The notes beneath the pieces are model-generated. The model was not told the DNA's origin. It ran no database searches and worked only from the letters and a program-made list of their open reading frames with translations. The position numbers and the translations under genes are program-made. A stretch of DNA of 64,000 bases. Origin: Nitrospirales bacterium (GTDB lineage Bacteria; Nitrospirota; Nitrospiria; Nitrospirales; UBA8639). This document shows, one piece after another, positions 8,032 through 18,290 of this stretch. The DNA lies in the NCBI GenBank assembly GCA_965223295.1, contig CBDCWC010000003.1:1056001-1120000 (forward strand), written 5' to 3'. The stretch's first letter is position 1; every line of letters starts with the position of its first letter.

Positions 8032-9044
8032 TTGTATCTTTTTTGCTGATGGTAAGCCTTGTTGCATGCGGGCAGCGAAGTGATACGATTGTGTCGATAG
8101 CCCTTCATCCCACGAAATCCAACATTATCTATGTCGCCACAGATGAAGCCGTGTATAAATCCAGTGACACCGGTTCTACGTGGACCAGATTTGCAGGAGA
8201 ACTGACGCGGACCCGTGTCATTAGTTTGGCGATTGATCCAAAATTGCCCGCGACAGTCTTTGCTGGGACCATGGGGGATGGGACTTACAAAAGCCCTGAT
8301 GGTGGCCGGACTTGGCACCAATTTAATGCCGGTATTCAGAAAGGGACGATCTCTGCCATCGTCAATCAGATCATCTTTAATCCGCGCGGCACAGAAATGG
8401 TGTATGCCGCCACGACGGTTGGGGTATTTCGAAGCTTGGATGGAGGACGAAATTGGGCAGAACGGATGGTTGGGATGAATGAAGTAAGTTTTGTTGTGTC
8501 TCTGGTGATGGATCCACAACGTCCGAATGTATTGTATGCAGGAACGACCGGTGGGGTATATCGCACGCTTGATGGAGCAGAGCGTTGGGAAAAGAAATCT
8601 CATGGGATGGTGGCGACGGATGCCAAAATGGCATCGATGGCCTTGGGAGTTAATGGGTTGGCCGTTGATCCAACGAATAGTGATATTGTGTATGCCGGTA
8701 CGACCAAAGGTCTATATAAATCCACCGACCAAGGTGAGCATTGGGCGAAGCTTGAGGGCAGTGTTCAAGATTCCTATGTGAGTGCCATTCAATTAGATCC
8801 TACTCAACCGTCCTCCTTGTATTTAGCCACGAGCGATCGTGTGCAAAAAAGTGAAGATTCCGGCGTGACATGGCAACCGAAAGTCAATGGGTTAGATGCC
8901 ACGAGTATCCGTAGCTTGCAAATTAGCCCAAGTGACCCTCAGGTCCTATATGTTGGGACAAATGGCGGAGGCCTGTATCGCAGTGAAAACGGGGGAGAAT
9001 CCTGGAAGCGCTTGCCTCTTGTCCTTGCCTCACCATCCTCATAG
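7935..9044 (+). CDS. BNR/Asp-box beta-propeller lipoprotein (VPS10/Ycf48-like)
   Basis: Lipobox LVAC; repeated SxDxGxxW Asp-boxes (SSDTGSTW, SPDGGRTW, SLDGGRNW, STDQGEHW, SENGGESW). Confidence 0.85.
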   Translation: MKSQKEIFPVVYSPSLPFIPTPYSLLLTPYFSLVSFLLMVSLVACGQRSDTIVSIALHPTKSNIIYVATDEAVYKSSDTGSTWTRFAGELTRTRVISLAIDPKLPATVFAGTMGDGTYKSPDGGRTWHQFNAGIQKGTISAIVNQIIFNPRGTEMVYAATTVGVFRSLDGGRNWAERMVGMNEVSFVVSLVMDPQRPNVLYAGTTGGVYRTLDGAERWEKKSHGMVATDAKMASMALGVNGLAVDPTNSDIVYAGTTKGLYKSTDQGEHWAKLEGSVQDSYVSAIQLDPTQPSSLYLATSDRVQKSEDSGVTWQPKVNGLDATSIRSLQISPSDPQVLYVGTNGGGLYRSENGGESWKRLPLVLASPSS

Positions 9045-9243
9045 CGTTCGCTGAAATTCCGAGAAAAAGCGACAATCTCTAGGTAGGATCCATGTCAGCT
9101 CACCAGGAAAGGGAGATGAATTGACGTATCCTCATTCTATGTTATGAAATAAAAAATACAGTTCCATTGGATTTACCTGATACCCCCCCCTGGCAATGTT
9201 CAGTCGCACTTCCTCCGTTTTCTCGTATTGTTCCTGTTAAGAG

Positions 9244-10086
9244 ATGAGTGAGTCTTTGAGAGCCCGGCCCCAGCAACCACTGTCTTCCGAACGTTCAAAT
9301 ACTGTTTGGTTGTTGTCTTCGGGAAATCTCAGCATTTCATCGGTAGAATCACTCATGGCTCTTATGCCTATTATTTTTCTTGCACTTATCTGGTTGGCGT
9401 TTTGGGTCTCACCAAATTTTTATTTCACGTATATGCTGGAAGAGAACAACCGGGAATATCAAATTATTGAAATTCTGACTTTTGTATCGGCTGCGTTGGC
9501 GGGTGGTATTTTGATTTACGTGACGCATCAGTTTTGGGTCCTGCATTCTGTGGAGGCGGCAATCTGGGTTGGGATTTTGGCTTTGGCAACTGTCTTTTTT
9601 GCTGGAGAAGAAATTAGTTGGGGACAGAGTTATTTCCAATGGGACACTCCGCAGTGGTGGGGAGAATATATTAGTCGTGAAACAAATTTTCATAATAGTC
9701 GTGCAGAGCACGCCAATAGTATTCGATTGACCCATTGGGGAGGCGTCTTTCTCTTGGCGATGTTCGTCATCTTTCCAATCTTGTGGATGAACCAGAGCCG
9801 AATAGGATTGTCTCTGAATCTTGCTCCGGCGATGCCTGACTTTGGGTCTGTGTTTACAATTGTTGTCGCGTCTCTGTATCGAGAGTCGAAAAGTATTTTT
9901 GAATCTATGCTTCCTGCTGGAGCCATCTATGATAGTTTTCTCTGGGGAATAAGTGAACATCGAGAAATGATTGTAGCCATTGGCCTCTTGATCTACGCCA
10001 TTTCTCGCTGGAGGGTTATAAACGACCACGCTTTATCGACAGAACGCGTTGCCTTCTCCGATCACAAGACCCGGAGAAATGTTTAA
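9244..10086 (+). CDS. Multi-pass membrane hypothetical protein
   Basis: About six TM helices; FFAGEEISWGQ ... ETNFHN motif of an uncharacterised family; true start may be downstream. Confidence 0.75.
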   Translation: MSESLRARPQQPLSSERSNTVWLLSSGNLSISSVESLMALMPIIFLALIWLAFWVSPNFYFTYMLEENNREYQIIEILTFVSAALAGGILIYVTHQFWVLHSVEAAIWVGILALATVFFAGEEISWGQSYFQWDTPQWWGEYISRETNFHNSRAEHANSIRLTHWGGVFLLAMFVIFPILWMNQSRIGLSLNLAPAMPDFGSVFTIVVASLYRESKSIFESMLPAGAIYDSFLWGISEHREMIVAIGLLIYAISRWRVINDHALSTERVAFSDHKTRRNV

Positions 10087-10192
10087 ATTCTGCGTAGAAA
10101 AAAGAACGGAAAGCTAGAGCGAGAAGTCAGGCCTTCAGGTTACCCACACCATTTCCTTTTTCAAATGTTTCGAAGCCAAGAAATGTGGAAGG

Positions 10193-11248
10193 TTAGTGGC
10201 CTGTCCAGGAATCAGGGAGAAGGAAGTAAAGGTCCATGGTGAGCCGGCCGCCATAGGTCGGCCCAAAGTCTTTACTGTTGAGTTGATCATTCCAGGTTTC
10301 TAGAGTAAAAGGGTAGGCGCGCAGAGCCGCTGTCCAAAACCGCTCTTCCAACGAATCTCCGCGTTCCCCGTTGAAAATTCCGGAATCAATGGTCGCCCCA
10401 AGTTCCAGCTCAAACCACGGGCGAAGCGTCTGTTCGTCATACCACCCATAGCTAATCGAACCTTGGGCAGCATAGGAAGCATGGGCTAGATCATGAAAGG
10501 CCGCTCCTGTCCCAATGCGCGAGGCTCTCACCATACCGGAAAACCGGAGTGGACGAAAGACACTGGCAATCAATCCTTGCTTATCCCCATTCAGATATTC
10601 AATGGTCTTTAAGGGAGACCATCGACGAAATCCCGATCGTGCAAACAGTTCATGAAATAAACTCCCGGTCTGACCTCCACCGCTGAGGTAGACAATGCGT
10701 TTTTGCCCCGCGATGCCCCACCAGCGAGTGAGGGATCCAGAAATGGCAAAATCTGTTTGATTTCGTTTTTTTTCGACTGGGACCGTAGGAATACCCCAAA
10801 CCCCATCATGAATCAGGTCGTTTTGTAGGAACTCTGTGGGTTGGTTGCGAGTTGGCCCAATTCCTAATGTGAGATTAGTACTCCAGTTTTCAAAGGTGTT
10901 TGCGAAATGTTCCGTCCAGCTGAGGGTGATGAAATTTATTCCCATGGTCTCACGAATTCCATTGAATCGTTCACCCTCTCCGTTAAACTCAGTAAAACGA
11001 AAGAGTGAAAATCCCAAGGATAGTTGAGGTGCTTGATCAGGGTAAGACAAGGCGCCCCAATGAATCGAGGGTGCAGGCGTTTCTCCTTTGGCGGCTAAAG
11101 GGATGAACTCAAGAACTCCAACAAGGAAAAACGTGAAAACAAGTTTTATGACAGCATGGAGGAGAGTGGAATGTGATTTCATACTTTTTTCGATGAACAG
11201 GTTGCTAGGCTTTGCAAAACTCAATTTATACAGAAGTAAAAAAGACAA
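10193..11248 (-). CDS. Exported, probable outer-membrane beta-barrel hypothetical protein (weak LpxR-like motif)
   Basis: Signal peptide, alternating beta-strand pattern, LGIGPT...TEFLQNDLIH; start probably MKSHS. Confidence 0.65.
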   Translation of the reverse strand: MSFLLLYKLSFAKPSNLFIEKSMKSHSTLLHAVIKLVFTFFLVGVLEFIPLAAKGETPAPSIHWGALSYPDQAPQLSLGFSLFRFTEFNGEGERFNGIRETMGINFITLSWTEHFANTFENWSTNLTLGIGPTRNQPTEFLQNDLIHDGVWGIPTVPVEKKRNQTDFAISGSLTRWWGIAGQKRIVYLSGGGQTGSLFHELFARSGFRRWSPLKTIEYLNGDKQGLIASVFRPLRFSGMVRASRIGTGAAFHDLAHASYAAQGSISYGWYDEQTLRPWFELELGATIDSGIFNGERGDSLEERFWTAALRAYPFTLETWNDQLNSKDFGPTYGGRLTMDLYFLLPDSWTGH

Positions 11249-11383
11249 ACTTTTAGAAGTTTGGTGGTCTTGCTGTGAAGAAAAATCTTAAATCGTTAAA
11301 TTGAAGCATGGCATGACTGTGTAAACAACTCTCTTTCTGAAAGTCATGACGACGGTGGACATGAAAAACAATCAATGGAGGAG

Positions 11384-11782
11384 TTAGGAAGTCACGGCTT
11401 CATTGACCATGGCGACGAGTTCACGAAAATTACAGGGCTTATCAATAATGGCATAAGCACCGAGGTCAAGGGCCTTGAGCTTTTCTTTCTCATCAATGAG
11501 TCCGCTAAGCATAATGACACGGGGCGTATACCCATTCAAACTCAGGCTGCTCTGCACTTTTTCGAGTAAAACAAGTCCATTCATAATAGGCATTTGGTAA
11601 TCGGCAATGACGATATCAGCGTGATGGTCTTGTAACCATTCTAAAGCTGCAGCCCCATTTTCAGATTCGGCACAGTCAAAGCCAGACGATTCAAGGACGC
11701 CGCGGACCATATGGCGGACAGCCGGTTCGTCATCGACGATCAAAACATGTCGTCCAATCTGAGGGGGATTATTCGTCACCAA
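11384..11782 (-). CDS. Single-domain response regulator (CheY-like receiver)
   Basis: VLIVDDE, DIVIADYQMPIMNG, MLSG, KP motifs. Confidence 0.9.
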   Translation of the reverse strand: MVTNNPPQIGRHVLIVDDEPAVRHMVRGVLESSGFDCAESENGAAALEWLQDHHADIVIADYQMPIMNGLVLLEKVQSSLSLNGYTPRVIMLSGLIDEKEKLKALDLGAYAIIDKPCNFRELVAMVNEAVTS

Positions 11783-12190
11783 GTTTGTCCCTTTTAGACC
11801 CTTCTGTCCTGCATCAAACTATCTTGAATGATGCCCTAGGGTCAGCTACCCGGACTATTCTGAAATCTGAGGTATTGTACATACGTACTACGCCTTGGGG
11901 AATACCCTTACCGTATATTTTGTGGAGTGGGGTTTTTGGTAGCACAATGCTTAATAATTGTGCAAAGTGTTGATTGGTCTATGAATGGACCAACCTTGCA
12001 GGAAGAATCTTCTTTACTCACAATCTTATCAACAGAATTAGGGGATTGGTCGAGATATTCGTAAGTCAATGAAATTTATGAATTATCAATTAAACTTCTC
12101 TAGCAGCCTGAAGGGAAAAACATTCAATTCATTAACAGGCCACGTATTCGCCAACCAGCAAGCGAAAATAGACAAGCAAGCCCTCAAAAG

Positions 12191-12269
12191 GGATTGTTGA
12201 ATAATGATGATATCAACGGCCAAATTTCGTCTCTGCAACGTACCATGTCAGCGGCCTCGGGTGTGTTCA
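12191..12269 (+). mobile_element. MITE-like repeat, copy B (left module only)
   Basis: ggattgttgaataatgatgatatcaacggccaaatttcg...cctcgggtgtgttc matches 6617-6694. Confidence 0.7.
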
Positions 12270-12294
12270 CTTGGCGTAACGAGTAAAGATCGGC

Positions 12295-12768
12295 TTATGG
12301 GTGAAATGATTCGGCTATTTGAGATTGTATGGTCTCATACAAAGGAGTTGCCGGAAGCAATTCGAGAGTTGGCAAGCCTAACTGGATGGCTTGTTCCACG
12401 ACGAGGCGAGCCACGCGCATGCGGGGAATAACTTCAGAAGGGAAGGCTTCCTGCAGAGAGCCAAAGGTTTTAGGGGGAATTTTGACCAAAAATGGATCGC
12501 CCTCAGGGGAGGAAAAAATGAAGCATTCAAGATTCGAATCGCCGATTTTATAGGTCAATTTGAAAGTGAGATGACAGGGGTCAAGGGAATGATCTGTTGA
12601 AGTAAACTGTTGAAAGGTGCTCTCGACAACATCACGGGTTATGTCGGCAGGCAGACCCGGCCGCCACTCGGGCATGCCGGATAATTCCCGATGGTAATAG
12701 CCATCAGCAGTTTGGGCCACTCGCCAAGTCACACCTTCATTGAAAAAAGAAATGATCTGTAAGGCCAT
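12295..12768 (-). CDS. Hypothetical protein
   Basis: 157-aa ORF with ATG start and protein-like composition; no recognised motif. Confidence 0.6.
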   Translation of the reverse strand: MALQIISFFNEGVTWRVAQTADGYYHRELSGMPEWRPGLPADITRDVVESTFQQFTSTDHSLDPCHLTFKLTYKIGDSNLECFIFSSPEGDPFLVKIPPKTFGSLQEAFPSEVIPRMRVARLVVEQAIQLGLPTLELLPATPLYETIQSQIAESFHP

Positions 12769-13033
12769 GAGGACAATTGCAGCTAAAACGCGTGGTTGAA
12801 GATTAAAAAAGAAATGACATTGAGCAGGTTGAACAACACCTTGCTGTGGGGAGTAAAATTTTCAAACATGCTATTACTGTATCAGCATATTGACGAATAC
12901 AATAGAGAGGCAGAGATGAATACTTCGATCAAGTCCTGATATGTCAGTTGTAAATTCTATCGAATTCCTCCACCTACTGAGTGAAGTCCAGACGATTGAA
13001 GCGCAGAAAATAAAGCTTCCCAAATAATCTTCA

Positions 13034-13071
13034 ATATATTGTAGAATCTCTAATTGTGTTCTACAATATAT
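13034..13071. promoter_or_regulatory. Perfect 13-12-13 inverted repeat, putative operator
   Basis: ATATATTGTAGAA-tctctaattgtg-TTCTACAATATAT, about 33 nt upstream of ATG 13105. Confidence 0.55.
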
Positions 13072-13104
13072 GCAACGAAGAATATGAGTGAAGGAGGCAG
13101 AGTT

Positions 13105-14118
13105 ATGAAATGTAGATCCCGGCGAAGGTTAACTAACGTGATCATGATACTCGGACTGTTTGGTGTGTTGTTTGGATGTGCGAGTACTTCGACAATGCAG
13201 GAGCCATTGATGGGAGAAGGATTTCAAGCTTCTTTGCCGAAGGCCGGGGCTCGCGTTGCGGTGTGGGGAAATCATTCAGGAGCTGTCACACGCACATTGC
13301 GGTGGTTGCATGAACACCAAATATTTGGCGTGGATGCCTCAACAATTGAAGGGAAATTGACGGACCCAGGGTTTTTTCGTCGAACCAATAGAGAACAAAA
13401 GGCACAAGTGTTAACAGCTGCCCAGTCGGCAGGAGTTCCCCTCGTCTTATTCACGAGGGTGGAGGGAAATCAGTTTGGCCGAAAATTTGACCTTGTAAAT
13501 TTTGCCGAGCAACCTCTGAAAATTATGGGCGTGGAAATCCGCGGAATGAAAGCGGAAACTGGGGATGTCGTGTTTGGCGGAAAGGCTTGGAATTCTAAGC
13601 CTCTCGTGGAATCTGAGGATCTCGTACAAGACCTTACGAGTTTAGCGCTCCAAAAAGCTTGGAATGAACCGGCCCGTGTTCCTCTTGAAGAGGAGTTGGT
13701 TCAAGAAGACTACACACGGGAATCAACGAGAGGTGGGGCAATGTATTCAGAAGAGCTTCCACCTCGTGAGGAAATTTCTCAATCTGAAACAGATGGAACT
13801 TCCTCACAGGAAAATCACTCAGACTTGGGAGTCCAGATTGCTAGTGGTGCCCTTTCAGTCCTTTATACCCCTGTCAAAGTTGTGTATGCAGGCTTAGGAG
13901 GATTTATGGGCAGCCTCGCATATATTCTGACAGCCGGGAACACAGAGGTGGCCCAATCGGTTTGGGATGCGAGCTTAGAGGGAGACTATTGGGTAACCCC
14001 GGAACATGTCCAAGGGGAAAAAGCCATTCGTTTTCAAGGAGAACCTTCCAGAGTTGTTTCACTCCAGCCAGCCAGGGTGGAGGCAGCTCGTGCCCATGAG
14101 CTTACGGTGAGTGAATAA
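13105..14118 (+). CDS. Hypothetical lipoprotein
   Basis: GGAGG RBS before ATG 13105; lipobox LFGC; C-terminal hydrophobic Gly-rich segment. Confidence 0.75.
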   Translation: MKCRSRRRLTNVIMILGLFGVLFGCASTSTMQEPLMGEGFQASLPKAGARVAVWGNHSGAVTRTLRWLHEHQIFGVDASTIEGKLTDPGFFRRTNREQKAQVLTAAQSAGVPLVLFTRVEGNQFGRKFDLVNFAEQPLKIMGVEIRGMKAETGDVVFGGKAWNSKPLVESEDLVQDLTSLALQKAWNEPARVPLEEELVQEDYTRESTRGGAMYSEELPPREEISQSETDGTSSQENHSDLGVQIASGALSVLYTPVKVVYAGLGGFMGSLAYILTAGNTEVAQSVWDASLEGDYWVTPEHVQGEKAIRFQGEPSRVVSLQPARVEAARAHELTVSE

Positions 14119-14173
14119 TCTCAGAACTCTTTCTTAAAGACTTCGACAAACTTTTTCATAGTATCGGAAGATT

Positions 14174-14941
14174 TCATTCCTTTAGATAGGGAAGATCGTC
14201 ACTCCAGTTCCAATAGCACACGTTGGTTTCTGAACAGGAGATGGCTACGGCTCCCACATGTTCAGAACTACCGGTTATGCGAAATAAGGAGCATGGTTCT
14301 TTTTGGTTTTGTGATGGTACCAATGTTACTCGCGCTTGATTCGGATTGAGCGTCATTTCGCAATCTGCTAATCCCCCTGAAATTCCACTCCCCTGCATTT
14401 TGAGATACGCCTCCTTACCAGTCCAGTAGGAAAAGAATTGCCGAGTTTGTTCCTCTGGAGGCAGAGAGGCCAAATAGTCTGATTCGCGTTGAGAAAAGTA
14501 GCGCTGCACGATGTCCTGGTTTTGAATTTTCCTGTTTACCCACTCCACATCGACACCGACAGAATGTTGAGGGCTGAACGCAATGAAGGCCAAGCCTTTG
14601 GTATGGGACACATTAAAATGAATTGGCTGTGCGCCATTGATATTCAATATAGGCTTCCCTTGGGGCTGGGTTTCGATCGAGAGTTGCCTGGGCGAGATCG
14701 TCAAGTATCGGCCCAACAGTATTCGAAGGATTGCCCGTGTGATAATAAATTGATATTGGGGGTGCGGAATACGGCACCGGTCAGCTCGAGTTATTTCATC
14801 CTCTAATAGATAGAGTTGATACCGAGCGGCCCGCTCAGGCGAATCATCTAATACAATACGCCACACATGGACCGTATCTGGGTCTAGTCTGGTCGACAAA
14901 TCTCTAGGGGGAATCCCCCAATGCGGAGGAAAAGGCTTCAT
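14174..14941 (-). CDS. Sfp/HetI-type 4'-phosphopantetheinyl transferase
   Basis: GKP, HFNVSHT, VGVDVE, WTGKEAYLKMQGSG motifs. Confidence 0.9.
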   Translation of the reverse strand: MKPFPPHWGIPPRDLSTRLDPDTVHVWRIVLDDSPERAARYQLYLLEDEITRADRCRIPHPQYQFIITRAILRILLGRYLTISPRQLSIETQPQGKPILNINGAQPIHFNVSHTKGLAFIAFSPQHSVGVDVEWVNRKIQNQDIVQRYFSQRESDYLASLPPEEQTRQFFSYWTGKEAYLKMQGSGISGGLADCEMTLNPNQARVTLVPSQNQKEPCSLFRITGSSEHVGAVAISCSETNVCYWNWSDDLPYLKE

Positions 14942-15114
14942 TCAACATGAAATTGTAACCGAAGAAATCCTGGTCTGAAAGTTTCTCACCGGCATTAAAC
15001 CCAATCTATTATGGAAAACACGGGGTTATTAATTTAGGACTTTGACAATTGATAGGATGCCCCCGTCGGAGTTGACCGACGAGGGCTGTAAATTGCTGAA
15101 CTTAGATAGCGAAG

Positions 15115-15936
15115 CTACTCAACCTTGAAGCAGCTTTCAACGGCTGTCTGATTGTAGCTTGCCTCTCGTGCCAAGACTTCATACTTAAATTCGTCGCCTT
15201 GAGCAAGAAATTCCGCTGGAATTTCAATGGCAGTTTCTCCGGGTGGGAGGGTGACATGTATGACTGAAGGGAAACTCTCTCCATCAACATCCACTTCAAC
15301 TTCGACCACGACTTCGTAGTTGTGAATGTTCACTGGGACGGGTGGTTGCACTCCTGCGCCACCCCCATTGGGATCCGGGTGGGAGTTCATGACCGGTGGC
15401 CAAGCTATAGTGACGGGAGCTTCCGTGACGGTGATGTCAAATCCTGGGTCTTCTTCGTCACAGTTTTGTGACATAGGGAGTCCATTGACAGTCGGTTCTG
15501 CCGGTGCTGGCATGACATGTGTTAGTTCCACTTCGCTCTCAAGTTCTTGCCCGCTCAAGGTTTTGCCTTCGATTTCATAAATTCCTTGCCGAAATCGACG
15601 GAAAAACCGTTGAGGAGACAGTTCATCAAATGTTGGTTCGGCACTTTCAAAGAAAATTTCTGTTAAACCTTGCCGCTTTAATCGGCCGCTGACTTTAATA
15701 TCAAGCATTTTTCGTTCGCTTGGGTCTTCGATCTCTAATTTTTTCCAAGGGTCTCCATCGATCAGTGCATGAATGCCAAGGTCCCCATCAGTATTGTTGA
15801 GTTCAAAGAACAAGTGCGCTTCTGAAAACGGGATTTCGTTCTCATCTTCTGCCCAACTTATGGTTCCAATGCTGCACAGCGATACTGTCAGAGCGATGGC
15901 CCAAAGAAGAGAGTATGTGGAGATTCGTCTGCTCAT
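15115..15936 (-). CDS. Secreted acidic hypothetical protein
   Basis: AGGAGA RBS before MSRR (15936); signal peptide ending SWA; FFELNNTDGDLGIH, FFESAEP, FKYEVLARE. Confidence 0.75.
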   Translation of the reverse strand: MSRRISTYSLLWAIALTVSLCSIGTISWAEDENEIPFSEAHLFFELNNTDGDLGIHALIDGDPWKKLEIEDPSERKMLDIKVSGRLKRQGLTEIFFESAEPTFDELSPQRFFRRFRQGIYEIEGKTLSGQELESEVELTHVMPAPAEPTVNGLPMSQNCDEEDPGFDITVTEAPVTIAWPPVMNSHPDPNGGGAGVQPPVPVNIHNYEVVVEVEVDVDGESFPSVIHVTLPPGETAIEIPAEFLAQGDEFKYEVLAREASYNQTAVESCFKVE

Positions 15937-16225
15937 GGTGTGTTCTCCTTGCATGTGTAAAAAGTGAAGTGTTGGCTATTTCGTTCGTCATAATCCAAGG
16001 CCATCAGTTTCGTACTGAACTCAGGGAGTTTTTGTGATTTATCGAGTTCATCTTGTTCAGTTTTTCTTTTCCCTCCTTTCTGCCAGTGATTGGCTGTGAA
16101 TCCCTAACAACATCGAGAAAGCCTGGACTAAGACTTTCCGCTAAGCATACGAGGGAAAGCTTACGAGAAGCTGGCCATAGAATTACCAACTGATAAGAAA
16201 CGCCGAAGAGCGACAACTATTGTGG

Positions 16226-17620
16226 TCAGGAACCGAGGGGAAAGGTGCTGGTAAAGACACTGCCTTTAGCGGGGTCACTTTGTAGTGTAATTTCACCACC
16301 GTGTGCTCGAGCTACAGAACGAGCGAAACTTAGCCCGAGGCCGCAGCCTTCTTGTGAGCGGCTATGGTCACAGCGAAAAAACCGGTCGAAAATTCGATGT
16401 TGGTCGGAAGTAGGAATTCCTATGCCCGTATCGGCTATGGTGAGCTGAAAGTCTTTGGACGAACGTTTCAATTCAATACTGACTTCACCTCCGTCAGGAG
16501 TATACTTGAGGGCGTTATCGAGCAGGTTGGCGGCCATGCGCTGCAGATTGTGTTTATCCCCAACTATCTCACAATGTGGGGCGAGCTGGTGATGCAAGGT
16601 GATGTGTTTAGCCTCGGCTACTGGTTGAAATAATTCCACAAGGTCCGAAATGAGTTGAGAAAGATTGATTTGCTCATGACCAATATGGGTGACACCAGCA
16701 TCGAACTCAGCCATATCCAAAGTTGTATTAATGAGATGTATGAGTCGATCGCATTCTTTGAGAACGTCAGTCGCGACTTGTGAAGAGTTTTTCTTTGAAT
16801 CTTTATTCGTTAAGACCCCTTCGGACATCACTCGGATTCGTGCGAGTGGGCTACGTAGATCGTGCGCAATGTTATCGGTCATCTCACGCATTTCATCCAT
16901 AACGTTCTTTATCCGTGAGGCCATGGAATTAAATGTCTTGGCCAGCGTTTGGATTTCATCGCCCTGTGCCCCGACCGACACACGACGATTTAAGTCACCT
17001 TGCTCAATGGCTTTTGCGGCCTGGCTGACTTCTTCAATTCCACTCACGGCTTTTCGAGCAATAAGCCAACCGACTCCTGAGGCAATAGGAATACCAAGTA
17101 GGAGCATTCCCCCAAAGACCGCAACGAGGACTTGCATAATCTCTTGAGTGCCCCCAAGGGTTTCTCCTACCTGGAGAGTTATATCCGGACCAATCAGGCC
17201 AGAAATCACTCGAGTGGGATACTCCTGACTTGAGAGGGTTATGGTTTCTAAAAAAGGCGCAGACTGTGACTGCACAACGGGGAGATGAGGAGAAGGAGTG
17301 TCTAGGCCTTCCCAGTCGGACATATCGGAACTAAACAAAATGGTTCTTTCGTTATTGTATAACCTTAAAAAAACTTCACCCTCATCGCTGGAGTTCATCT
17401 CACGATCAATTTCCCGGGTGACCTCGTCCATGCCTTCTTCTATGAGTAATTCACGAAACTCTGCAATGTCTTCCCGTAAATCACTATCCATGCGGCTATT
17501 TAACAGTGTTTGAATGGAGAGGTAGAGTGTCATCAATGCGGCAATTAAACAAACAAGAAAGGCAGAGGCATACCAGAGGGTGAGCCTAAAGCCAAGGGTA
17601 TTAGGGAGTTTAATGGTCAT
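16226..17620 (-). CDS. Membrane sensor histidine kinase (CusS/CzcS-like; HAMP-HisKA-HATPase)
   Basis: Two TMs, HAMP, IAHDLRSPL, NLLDNALKY, DTGIG, GLGLS. Confidence 0.92.
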   Translation of the reverse strand: MTIKLPNTLGFRLTLWYASAFLVCLIAALMTLYLSIQTLLNSRMDSDLREDIAEFRELLIEEGMDEVTREIDREMNSSDEGEVFLRLYNNERTILFSSDMSDWEGLDTPSPHLPVVQSQSAPFLETITLSSQEYPTRVISGLIGPDITLQVGETLGGTQEIMQVLVAVFGGMLLLGIPIASGVGWLIARKAVSGIEEVSQAAKAIEQGDLNRRVSVGAQGDEIQTLAKTFNSMASRIKNVMDEMREMTDNIAHDLRSPLARIRVMSEGVLTNKDSKKNSSQVATDVLKECDRLIHLINTTLDMAEFDAGVTHIGHEQINLSQLISDLVELFQPVAEAKHITLHHQLAPHCEIVGDKHNLQRMAANLLDNALKYTPDGGEVSIELKRSSKDFQLTIADTGIGIPTSDQHRIFDRFFRCDHSRSQEGCGLGLSFARSVARAHGGEITLQSDPAKGSVFTSTFPLGS

Positions 17621-18290
17621 GGCTTTTCAGGACATATCCCATGCCTCTGATCGTATGAATCAAAGGCATAGAAAAGCCCTTGTCAATTTTTTCTCGAAGT
17701 TTACTCATTCGGGCTTCAACAACATTAGTGCCTGGGTCAAAGTTATAATCCCACACCCGTTCTAGAATCATCGTTTTCGAGACAACATGTCCGGCATGCC
17801 TGATCAAATATTCCAGCAAGGCAAATTCTTTAGGTTGAAGGTCAATCTTGGTTCCAGCGCGGGATGCCGTTCTTGCTAACAGATCCAATGTCAAATCTTC
17901 AAAAGAAAGATTTGTGGGTTCAACCACATGCTGAGTCCGACGAAGAAGTGATTCGACTCGTGCCAGGAGTTCACTAAAAGAAAACGGTTTGACGAGATAA
18001 TCATCGCCTCCGTGACGCAAACCACTTATGCGGTCATCGACTGACCGTTTGGCGCTAAGGATGATGATCGGGAGGTTTTTCTTTTTTTTTCGCAAACGAT
18101 CGATGATCGACAGACCATCAAGATTGGGCAGCATGACGTCAAAGATACCGACATCATAACCATGGGTCATAGCAGCATGGAGTCCAATTAATCCGTCATC
18201 GAAATGATCAATGGTAAAACCGGCTTCTTTCATCCCTTTTTGAATGAAATCTGCGATGACCTGGTCGTCTTCAATTAGTAGGATCTTCAT
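17610..18290 (-). CDS. OmpR-family response regulator (CusR/CzcR-like)
   Basis: Receiver plus winged helix; LERVWDYNFDPGTNVVEA and LIHTIRGMGYVL are typical of heavy-metal regulators; overlaps the kinase start. Confidence 0.92.
   Translation of the reverse strand: MKILLIEDDQVIADFIQKGMKEAGFTIDHFDDGLIGLHAAMTHGYDVGIFDVMLPNLDGLSIIDRLRKKKKNLPIIILSAKRSVDDRISGLRHGGDDYLVKPFSFSELLARVESLLRRTQHVVEPTNLSFEDLTLDLLARTASRAGTKIDLQPKEFALLEYLIRHAGHVVSKTMILERVWDYNFDPGTNVVEARMSKLREKIDKGFSMPLIHTIRGMGYVLKSHDH

Noticed and set aside
9183-9190. C8 homopolymer upstream of the 9244 membrane gene as a phase-variation tract
   Set aside because: Short, intergenic, and not placed between recognisable -35/-10 elements
16004-16216. 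70-aa ORF between the kinase and the secreted protein
   Set aside because: No RBS or motif; the region more plausibly holds the promoter of the downstream gene
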